Assembly (NCBI GenBank): GCA_052426225.1
Contig: JBNJNM010000008.1
Location: forward strand, 62,001 to 126,000
DNA length: 64,000 nt
DNA from: Zancudomyces culisetae HAW-14-8
Taxonomy: Eukaryota; Fungi; Kickxellomycota
Direction of reading: 5' to 3'
Part shown: piece by piece, positions 11,121 through 21,850 of the stretch
Position numbering within the stretch: the first letter of the stretch is position 1
Layout of the letters: every line of letters begins with the position of its first letter
The notes under the pieces: model-generated
Databases searched by the model: none
Told to the model about the DNA's origin: nothing
Seen by the model: the letters and a program-made list of their open reading frames with translations, nothing else
Position numbers and translations under genes: made by a program

Positions 11121-13572
11121 CATTTTCACGAGCTACGTGATGTATCCAAAAGCATTGTACTATGAAAATAAATTCACCAGAAGCATTAAGTTTATGAACT
11201 TGGCAATATAGTTATTTTCTATTATACTTAGGGCAGAATTACCTGTTGTGACTCTCGATATTCATATTACAAGCTGTCCAGACCCAATTTGTTTTTAAAG
11301 TATGCTAAAACTATACTTTTTTCTTTAAATATGCGCAGTGATCGGCAACATAAAATTCAAACCTAAATATTGACAATAATCTAGACCAAGTTTTGGAAAA
11401 AAATTATTAGCTTTGCAGGAATTACTAACTCTTCTTCTATATTAGAATAAAAAACGATTCTCTTAAACTAACATTTGGGCTTACAACCCAATTATATGCA
11501 TAGTGAGCGTTTTATCATATCTCGCCTATTTCATTTTATGAGTGCACTCTGTTCTAGAAAAAAATGTACACGAATTTAGAACTACTGCTTGCAAAGGCTT
11601 CTCTTATTCGTTAGGATAGATAAACTTTAGTTTATCTACAAATTCATAAAATACCAATTATTTGGCTAAAAACACTTTTTTTTGCTAAACCTTGGTTATT
11701 TTGTACTTAATTGGGAATATCACTACAAACCCCTTATCCTTTTATTTAATTTTAAATACATTCATCTAGACTAGTTCAAAAAAGTTTTTTAAATTATCAA
11801 AAACTCGAGACTACTATGCAAACTCAACTATAGGTGCGTTCCACCCTATCCACAATTTTCTAGCTCAATAGTAATACAGTTTCAATAATCAATGGCTATA
11901 GGATTACAAGAGTTGATACTCAAAAAACCGAGTTTGTTACATGTCCTTTTCTATACTACTATTTCAGTATTAAACTTGGCTATTTCTGGTGTTAATTCTG
12001 TTATCAGCACAGAAAAACCAGTGTTAATGCGAAAATAATTATATTAATTGGTTATTTTTGGGAAAACTCTAACCACTTGACTTCCAATAGCTTTACCGTA
12101 AATCTTCTCTATTAAATTAGTGGTACACATAATTATTTATGGATTCGAAGTAAAAGTTCACTTTTTTGTATTGCATTTTTTTAGTGGATTTGAGTTAGGG
12201 TTTATCACCTATATTACTGAAAGGATATCTAGATAGAAAAACAAAATTTTAATGAAAGGAACTTCATATCCTAGTAGTAGTGGGTTGCCAAAGCCATTAA
12301 TCCTTAACTTATTTTGTTGTATTTTTATGCTCTTTTATGCGACTGTAGTACTTATAAAAATATTATAATCATTTAGAAACGAATTCTATTTAATATTCCT
12401 CTAACCGATTTCCCTTCATTCTACAGTTGTTCCACATACCAAGACAATCATAGACTGATTGAATACATGAAAATTATTAACAAATACAGGAGTAGAAAAG
12501 TTTGCTTGATGTGTTTACACTTTATCATCTTTAAAAATACCCAATCAAATGACCAAACTAAGTTCAAATAAATTGCTTAAAGATTTCGGAATCTTTATTA
12601 TGCCGAGTATACTGTTGTACTACGCGTCAATTTCAAATAAATTCAAGCTTAATTTTGGGTAGTAAATTTGTGTGGTAGACGGGTATCAAGTTTATTTTTC
12701 TACTCATACAACTATAATTGGTTTTCATAATATTCATAAGCTATAACTGTAACACTATATTTTATAAATCTTCAGTGATTTTCCAATTCATCAACTATTT
12801 TTTATACCTACTAGGTAAAATAATATATAATATCTACATCCTACAATGTAGATTCTTACCTTTATAGAAAAAGATTATACAATTTCTAAGATACAAACCC
12901 AATAAACAGATTTTTCATTTAGTTACACTTTCTTGATTAGTGTTTCTTTCAATTTAATTTATTTGCTTTTGGTAATATATAATAACTATTAAAAAAGATT
13001 ACCATCACAAGTCATGGCTAACAAATGAATAAACCACTACCAATGTTTGAATGACCTCAATGCTAACAGTTGCGACTTTATTATTGATAAAATTTAATAA
13101 ATAAACGCTTGTAATGCCGAGATGACATGTCCACTTTTTTTTTTCATGGAACCATGAATGTGGATTTTCCTTGATATCAGTGTGTCAAGTAATTAGCAAA
13201 TTAAGGAACAAAGACCTATCAAAACTCACTTTGTGTTTTATAAAGGATATGTTTGTCAAATAATATTCATTTTGGAGCGAAATTTTTTTTTACTGCCAGA
13301 TCGATTTAGTCATAATCACTGGTCCAGAACAAAATGTAATCAATTATAAAATATACCAATTGATTTGTTCTCTATAAATTCGCCGCTATAAAAGCTTTAA
13401 TACAAAATTACACCGAAGGATTTTTTTTTTAAAAAAATGAGAACCCTGAAGAGGTTATTTTCATTTAATATTTCGATATATTACCTCTTGAACTCGGCAA
13501 TACTTGATTATTTAAACAATCTCAAATAATACGTTGCGGAACCAGTGCTACAGTTATAATATAGTAAGACCA

Positions 13573-15642
13573 ATGGCTGCAAGAAAACCAATGATCCGGA
13601 GGAGTAGGATGATGACCATCAACAAGGTCAGTGACATTGTTGCTAGTGTAGAAACCAAGGCTATTGAGATACATACCACTTTATGCTACAGTAAACGGTT
13701 TAAACTGGATAGCAGTAGTTCAAGGGTTAATTTTGATAAGATTTACGAGGAAATATATGAATACGTGCTGATAAAAAAGATAGATAACAGAGATTTTAGT
13801 TATGAAACCTACTACGATGAAAACGTCAAAACACACATGGTAAAGCTGGTGAACTTCATGGTAGAAACCACAAAACTCTGTGTGTTTGCAATACCAAATC
13901 TGATGATACCCGTTAGAGTACCCATGTTGATAGAAAATATCAAAAATTTGAGACTTCCTAGATACATGGTTTACACAATATTGATTCTTGGAACACAACT
14001 GTTGCCGGAATCCAGAGTAACAAGGTTTCTGAGCGCTAAAAAAGTGGGAGAAATGGTGAATTATGTGCGCAAAGTGCTTGAAGATAGACAAAATAAATTC
14101 AAAATGAATCACTTGTGGTGTCTCCAAGCTTTGCTTGAACATAAAACCTGTAATAGGTTTAGTCATGCTGCACATATAGATCAAATGAAATGTTACAGCG
14201 CATGTATCATGCTTGGATTGCACAAAGTTGATTCAAGTGCTTATTTCGGATTACATCAGTCTAAGCAGAAACAGGATGTAATGGAGTTTAAGCGGAGGAT
14301 GTTTTGGATGATATATCTTAACAACAGCGTTCAAGCAGGACTGGTTAAACACACTATTTATGATGGTTTTTTTAAAAGCGCAAATAAGCTCCCAAAAAAC
14401 GATTATGAATGGAGAAATGGGGTTGAATACAAAACGCAAACACTTATACTAGTGGAAAATCGACAACTAATCAGGACCAGCGAAAGCAGAAGGGTAAACC
14501 CGGATGTTACAAAAATGAGATGTATAGTATTTGGTGTATATAACAAAATTTGTGCTTTTCGAAACCAAAGAAGCTATATGATTAAACGGGGCTATCAACT
14601 TGACTTTAAAAGGTACACGGATCTCTCAAAGCAACTGAATAATATTTCAAAGATGCTGAGAAGGTATACATTTGACACACTTCAAAAACTTCAGTTATGT
14701 GAGAACGCAAACTTTCTTATAATTGATGAAGCCACTGTCAAAAATCTGATATTCCAGCTGTGGAGCTTGCGCCTTTCCTTGATAAATGCGGCTGTCCATT
14801 TGTGCATGGCTGAGATATTGTTTCTAGAGTATTTTTATGATGAACCCTGGCGCGTCCAGGTGGCAAAGATGTTATGTATTGATCGCTCTTTTGAAGGTGT
14901 AAAAATCTTGAAATGGGGTTATGCTAATATTCCAACACAATATATGGATTTGAATCTTCCTTTATTAATTTTTTGGATATCACTGACACTCATTAATGCA
15001 GCCTATATCATAGATCATTCAAAGTACAGGGATATTATCGAAAATAGAGATTTTATTCTCATGCTGCTACAAAAATTCGAACCACAATTTCCAAATAGGG
15101 GAATATTCCAAGAATTTTTTACACAGATCGATAATATAAAGCAGCATTTTTACAATACCAATAGGATGGTCAGCCCTGTGCCCAGCATTATTTTAAACAG
15201 TGCAATAACTGAGGAAGATATGAATCCTTGGATTATTTTAGGTCATCATTCAACTATGGGAAGCAGGTGTTGTCTTTCATCAAACAACACTGCCGTCTTA
15301 CGCGTATTATCGCTAACACACTATATGGATTATCCTAGTACACCTGAATGTTTTGTTCAACACAGTAGTTATGCGAATTTAGTGCAATCAGTCAAAATTT
15401 CTTTGGATTTTATTTATCAAAAACCCAATCTTGACACGAGGAAAAAAGGCCAAGACAAACGCAAACCATCAAACAACGCCAGCATCTTATTAGGGGGGTA
15501 TGACAATATTAGTACAAATAATTTTCATACACTTTATATTCGTAAATCACCAGAATATTATTCATGGTCAAAGCGGAGTACTAGAGCATCAATGAAATCT
15601 TTGTTTAGATTGATTTTTCCCGACTATGGAGTAACTGGATAA
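13573..15642 (+). CDS. Fungal-specific transcription-factor-like protein (Fungal_trans/middle homology region); no Zn2Cys6 domain visible
   Basis: 2-kb open frame with the first in-frame ATG at 13573 (the track starts at a TTG, 13534). The motif ACIMLGLHK...EFKRRMFWMIY resembles the A..LGLH...E.RRR.FW..Y signature of Fungal_trans. Confidence 0.6.
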   Translation: MAARKPMIRRSRMMTINKVSDIVASVETKAIEIHTTLCYSKRFKLDSSSSRVNFDKIYEEIYEYVLIKKIDNRDFSYETYYDENVKTHMVKLVNFMVETTKLCVFAIPNLMIPVRVPMLIENIKNLRLPRYMVYTILILGTQLLPESRVTRFLSAKKVGEMVNYVRKVLEDRQNKFKMNHLWCLQALLEHKTCNRFSHAAHIDQMKCYSACIMLGLHKVDSSAYFGLHQSKQKQDVMEFKRRMFWMIYLNNSVQAGLVKHTIYDGFFKSANKLPKNDYEWRNGVEYKTQTLILVENRQLIRTSESRRVNPDVTKMRCIVFGVYNKICAFRNQRSYMIKRGYQLDFKRYTDLSKQLNNISKMLRRYTFDTLQKLQLCENANFLIIDEATVKNLIFQLWSLRLSLINAAVHLCMAEILFLEYFYDEPWRVQVAKMLCIDRSFEGVKILKWGYANIPTQYMDLNLPLLIFWISLTLINAAYIIDHSKYRDIIENRDFILMLLQKFEPQFPNRGIFQEFFTQIDNIKQHFYNTNRMVSPVPSIILNSAITEEDMNPWIILGHHSTMGSRCCLSSNNTAVLRVLSLTHYMDYPSTPECFVQHSSYANLVQSVKISLDFIYQKPNLDTRKKGQDKRKPSNNASILLGGYDNISTNNFHTLYIRKSPEYYSWSKRSTRASMKSLFRLIFPDYGVTG

Positions 15643-18600
15643 AATGGGTTATACTTTAGATTAATCAAAGTGAAAAGCGACCACTATCAAATTATGATGT
15701 GCAAGTGATCAATGAATTTAGTGAAAGATGTAACTCTTTTTTCAACTAATAGTAACTGCTATATTTAATTGGTTGTGTATTAAAGGAAGGCGGTGCTTTT
15801 GATTGATGTAAAATTGATTAATAGGTATTGATAAATCGATTAATAAATAATTTAAAGCTAAGATCACAAACATCTTCATACACTGCTGAGTACTACTGAT
15901 AGATGGGCAGTAGGCAATTGTTGTTTTAAATTCGCTATTAAAGTATATTTTGCAAAATATTTACGGATTTTAGCTTGGAAAAATTGAAGTAAAACGATTT
16001 TTCAAAGTTTTAAAAAACAAAAGCACTACTGGTATAATTCACAATCGATCTATCAAATAAACACTACAAAAAAACAACACTACAAAATATCTACCTGAAA
16101 ATCACCCTTATACCACTCTATAAACTTTGTACCCACCATATTCCGATTGAAAGTATCATAGAAACAAATAAAACTGTTGTAAATCATAACCCCATCACAC
16201 ATTGTAACTCGTTTCAGGTTATAAAAAGCATTAACAGAACATTTATTACTGCTACATTTATTTTTAATATGTAAACCAAAACTCAACTTTCACCAGAGCC
16301 AGAAATGTATCAGCGCACAAGATTACAAAGGGCAACCCGATAAGCAAAAGAAAAATTAGTAAAAGTAAGTTGGCTGATTATTATTGTTTCAAAAAGTATT
16401 GGCAAGTTAAAAATAATATAACTTTACAGAGAATATTCAGGTGCTCACATATAATATACAATCCGATGTGAAACCAAAGAATTACATCAAATCCAGAAGT
16501 TAAAGCGAATAACCTCGTAATATTCTCAACTTTTTATGCTTTCTAATCCTCACAACACCCTTTCCAAACGTCTCGTTAATAGATGAAATAATTACCCATA
16601 CAGAAAAAACTACATTGAATCATTTTTTCAATATAAATGTCAGGTATGGACTTTATCACCAGTTAATTTTATAGACACTTGAGTACTGAGTCCCATTTAA
16701 ATTGCAAATCCTTGTAAAACCAGCACCAGCAACAATAGATACTTTTTATTTTTCATTTTACGTAATTAAACCCGAGAAATTAATCACATGTACATTAATA
16801 TTATTCAAAGTATAAATAGTGCAACCCATCAGTGAATTAACCATGTATTCTCATCTATACCAGATGATATGGCATTTGGTTAAAACTAATCCAAGTAAAT
16901 ACGGATTTTTAATAATATTAACATAATACTGATAAATATTCTGTGTAAATATTGAAATAAGAACAGGCAAATGTTAAGAACTAGATAACATTGATGTATA
17001 CAACATAATACAAGAAATTGGTAAAGAATTTGGCGAGCACTTGCACTTATTATCGAAATTTTGGAATTTGATGTCAAACTAAATCCATTCTAATCAAATT
17101 AAAAAAGTCTAATTTATTGAATTAAATAAACAAGGTATGGTGAAATATGTATTCTATTCATCATTTTTGTGTAGATATATACCTAAAAAGTATAAAACTT
17201 GTAAAAACAACTCTTTAAAAAACTCAAAGCGTTTATTTAATAGCTAATAGTTTGAGGTGCTCTATATAAGCAGATATTAATGAGATGAAAAGAAACAAAC
17301 TCAGAAAAAATAAAACAGATTATAAAAACCCATTCGGTATTTCATTCTAGAAATAATTAAGAAAAACTAATGTGTAATGAAGATAAACACAATTAACAGC
17401 CATTTATACTTTGCATTCATAAACTCTTGAGTATTAGCTAAACGATCTAAAAAAAAAGAAAACCATATCATTTAATAACCCCTACAAACGAGAAGCATCA
17501 AGGCTATTCCACAAACAACCCGCTGATCAAACATAATCATCCCTGACTTTATAGTCGATAATTTGCCTATTCTTGGTACCTAAATCTCAAAATTTAAAGT
17601 AGCTGTCACAAAATAAACCTAACTACAATTCTTTAATTGACAATCCCAGGAGTTGATGCAATAGATGGATTCGCATCTACAACCTCCTCAGCACCAACCA
17701 CACCCACTCCTGTCTCAATTTTGCGTCAATTCTTTTGTATTGGATTGTCTTGAAGTACCAATACTGCCCACTTTCAACAAATTTAGCGCTATACATTGTG
17801 TTCCCTATCAACCTATACGCCATGGTAGATTTTTTGGTTCATTTGCTTGGTTGGGTTTGATTATATACATACGAAGTTATTGAATTCAGAATTTATTGAC
17901 TTGAAATAATACACAATCATTATATAGTACAATAATATGTTTAGTTTAATGAAATGTAAGCTTATTTATGATTGATTGATCGGCTAGAACTATGACCCAC
18001 TCGATCCCCACCTATACCTAGCTCAAGTAATAGTAAAAAAACAACAGAGAATCAGGTGATATCGGTTAAAGTTTAAATTTCCTCTATTTAGCTAGGTTAT
18101 TTAATTTCTAAAAAATTATACAGATATCTTTGGTTGTATATATCATTTAGTGCAAAAACTCTAAAATTAAATTTTCATTATTGGTTTAATTTTTTTTTAT
18201 TGATATAGAAAAAATTATATATTAAAAAGAGAGTATCTAATAAGGAATTATTGGTCTATAATAAAGATTGATAACATAGTTGTGTTTGGATGTTTGCAAA
18301 TTAATATTATGACCATTTCATTCAACTAAACATATTATATAGTATTTTCAGAATACCATTTTTTGGGAAATGTAATATAAGACTTGCAGATTAAAAAGCA
18401 AGAATGTTATAACATTGAGCAGGGCACTTCAACGCTATTTCCTAAACTCATACTTAGACCAGGAGTAGCATTAACGCATTGTTAAAGAAACTGCATGGTG
18501 TGACACAGTCAATTCGAGATTTTTAGAGGTGGGTATGTTGAATTACCCAAAGAATTTCAAGCCAGGTCTACATTCAACTCAATGAGTATCTATGTAATCT

Positions 18601-19240
18601 GATCATGACTATAAACATTTTTATCTTTATATCTATACAAAATATACTTTAGAAACAAGCCTTTTTAGTAGAAATACTATTTTCTACATTTAATTAGCAG
18701 TGAATAAATCTAGCGACAAACTTTCTGCCTATATTAAATACACATTTTACTAAAATTTGGTTCGTAAAAAGATATACACCCATCAGTTCTAGTTATCTTT
18801 GAATAAAAGCGAGTATTGTTGTGAAAAACACTATTAAATATTTTTTAGACTTGTAGATATATGATCCTAGATTTCATGAAGCTATTAAGGCATGTTTTTT
18901 ATTTCTAGATATTTAAAACCTTCCATTGTTTAGTGCGATTTTTCTCTTTTAGATTGGACCGAGATAATTATTTCAGCCCAAAATAACCAAAATAAATTAT
19001 CTTTTAGAAATAAGCTAATTGTAGGAATTTAATACACTGTAGAGTGTAAACCAATTTATAAATATTAGCTAGTTTCTAACCACGTATTAGAAATCTGAAT
19101 TTGATAAATGATGCGGGTGGAAAAAAACTTTACATGCTTAAATAAAACTGCTAGATATTTTTATTTAAATAGCAGTATTATTATATAGAAGCGAGTAGTA
19201 TAGGGTGGTAAATTTTTTTTGATTTTTGGGGAACAACGAG

Positions 19241-19810
19241 TTACCAGTAGCTATCGTAGTATGCACCATAGAATTTATAGGGATTGAACCCGTACCAACG
19301 GTCATCGGTTTCGCTTCCTGAATTGATTTTGTATCCTGGAGAATTAATAATTTGGGCAGGACTGTCTTGAGCTGAGACGGGTTTGTCGGCTGGAGCACCG
19401 CCCTCTTCGTCTGCGCGCTTGCGGTAGTATTTTCCGTAGTATCCGCTGTAGTATGGGTAACGGTATCCGTAATATCCTCCATAGTATGGGTAACCGTAGT
19501 ACCCCCACCAACGATCATCGGTTTCATCTACTGCATCACCATCTTCTGGAGCATCTGCAGACTGAACTAGTGCTGTATCATCTGCTGGAGCAGCTTCTTC
19601 CTCTTCATCAGCACGCTTTCGGTATGGTGGTATAGCGAAACGTCTATTAAAAGCAGGGCGAGCAGGAGAAGCAAATCTTCCAAGATCCTGAACCTGTTCC
19701 ATTGGTGGTTGCATGGGTCCGACATTTTCTCTTGGTCTTGGAGCGTATGCAGCATTTACTGATACTGTGGCAACTGCGACGGTGAGGAGTGCGAGTGTTG
19801 ACTTTACCAT
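19241..19810 (-). CDS. Secreted multi-peptide precursor (Kex2-processed repeat protein, KEP-like) with Tyr/Gly/Trp-rich cores, 189 aa
   Basis: Signal peptide, then two repeats of Y-RKR|ADEE..AP AD..(acidic spacer)..ETDDR|W-core. The cores are WWGYYGYPYYGGYYGYRYPYYSGYYGKYY and WYGFNPYKFYGAYYDSYW. Confidence 0.85.
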   Translation of the reverse strand: MVKSTLALLTVAVATVSVNAAYAPRPRENVGPMQPPMEQVQDLGRFASPARPAFNRRFAIPPYRKRADEEEEAAPADDTALVQSADAPEDGDAVDETDDRWWGYYGYPYYGGYYGYRYPYYSGYYGKYYRKRADEEGGAPADKPVSAQDSPAQIINSPGYKINSGSETDDRWYGFNPYKFYGAYYDSYW

Positions 19811-21322
19811 TTTTGATATTTAGTTTATAATGAGAGTTGTATGTAGCTGATGAACAAATGCCAAATTGTATTGCTAATACTAATGGTGATTTTAATGCTA
19901 ATTGTAGTTCTAATAATTATTCCTTGTTTGTTGTACTACTTGAAAAATTTTCTACAGATGATCTTTTTTTTTAATGATATTTTGAATCTTTTATACTTTA
20001 TCTTTTCTCGATCTGACTTGTAATATATTTTTGTTTTCTAGTAAAGAGACTCAAGTTATTATTTTTTTTTAGAGACATTATAAGTGTTCTAATTATAGAA
20101 ACGTAAAAAACAACCTGTCATTTAATAACACCAAGTTGGATCCAAATATACTATTTTTTGGTATATTTTAGCAATTTAAGCAACAAACTATTACTAATTT
20201 TGGTACTTTGAAACCTTTTCACTATCCAACCATGATAGCTAGATATTAGTTTTTTCAGATTAACCACCAGTGGCTTTTATTTTTATTTTTTGGTATATGA
20301 ACATTTTATTCTGTGCTAATTCAATAATCATAACTGATATAGAATTAAATTTATAACCATTTTCTAATTTTGCTGATTGTTTTTAGTATTGGTTTGTCAT
20401 TATTTTAAGGCTTGGGCATCTACTTAGGTAAATTTAATATTTTTAGAAGCACTTTCCAAATCAAAATGATGGTATGCTCATCAAAGCCATTAGAAAAAGA
20501 TTTAAAACTGAAAAAAACCCCTTCCTACGAACACTCATAATACACCACAATTTATTTTGTCTAGATACATTATGAATAAGCATCTATTTTTTGGACAGCA
20601 CATATTCAACGTTTAGCCAAGAACCTAAAATGACCAAAGTAAGGGTACTACTTCATTAAATCATCAATAATACAAAGAGAATTAGAGATTTTAAATAAAC
20701 AAGTAGAAAATTCAAGTTGCTGATCCCTTAGGGGTGAAAAGTTTTTATATTCAGATTATACAAAAGCAGCTCACTAAAAATAAATTTTCATAATTACAAT
20801 TTATAAAGAAAATACGGTTGTTGTAGTGTACAATTATATCTATATCGGTTACACTCTTTGTTTATAAAAATATACTTTTTAGTAGACGTTGTTAGAAACG
20901 TTTATTTTTCAGCCTAAAATGTCGTACCAGACCTCCATTGCAGGGTATATAGCTTTATATTTACCAGAAACCCTCGAAATACCTACCTACGAGCTTTTAT
21001 ATTCTTGTTTACGCACTCCTTTTGTGGTCCATATGAACATGTGATTACAATCTATAAGCATTTACATTTATGATTATACAATCAAGAACCATTTTTACAA
21101 TTTTTAAACTAATAAAAAAAAGTTTTGGATGTTTCATACTAGGTTATTTGGTGCGGCTATTTTGAACTTTTCTTTCTCATTGTGTTCTATAGATATAATA
21201 TAAATACCACAAAATCAAAATATCAGATTCAATAGTTTGCAAAAAAAAAACCCTCTCTGTGTTCCTCAAGGTACTCCAATCCCACCAGGTTTGTTAAATG
21301 GCACTAAAAAAATTATTGAATA

Positions 21323-21850
21323 TTTTTTTTCGTTTATTTTTTTGAGAGTTTATTAGTGTCCTGAACAAAAAAGTCAAATTGAAAGAAATACTAGTCAAGT
21401 AAGTGTAGCTGAAAGAAAGCTCAATTCATAAGTTTTATATCCTGGGAAAAGCTGAGATTCTCTGATAAGATAGAGAATCCGTTTATTGAATTTGTGGTTG
21501 TTAATTTTTGTATTTGGGGAGGTTGTTATTGGAAAACTGTTGTGAAAATTGAAGATAGTTAGGAGATTTATAAAATGTTGGAGTGACATTTTTTTTTGGT
21601 CAATCAGGTTCAAATTCAAACAAGTTTTTCTCCTCATCATTGTTTTTGTTGTATACTTTGTAGTACATCCGCATGTATTCTTTCCATCTCAAGAATAGTT
21701 GAAATGCGTTGTAGTTTTTTTCTGATAGTGCAGCCTCAGTTCTCGCTCTGAAAATATTCCAGATAGCTGATGCTAAAATAATTTTTATGTCTTTAATACG
21801 GTGCCTAATTTTGTTGCATCCAGACATAATTTTTTCCCAATTGAAGTCGA
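21323..21850 (-). mobile_element. Probable 5'-truncated non-LTR retrotransposon (L1/Tx1-like LINE) 3' remnant
   Basis: The minus-strand frame IILASAIWNIFRARTEAAL resembles the W.IW..RN...F motif at the C-terminus of L1/Tx1 ORF2. It is followed on the same strand by AATAAA and an A-rich tail near 21323-21355. No RT domain remains. Confidence 0.4.
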
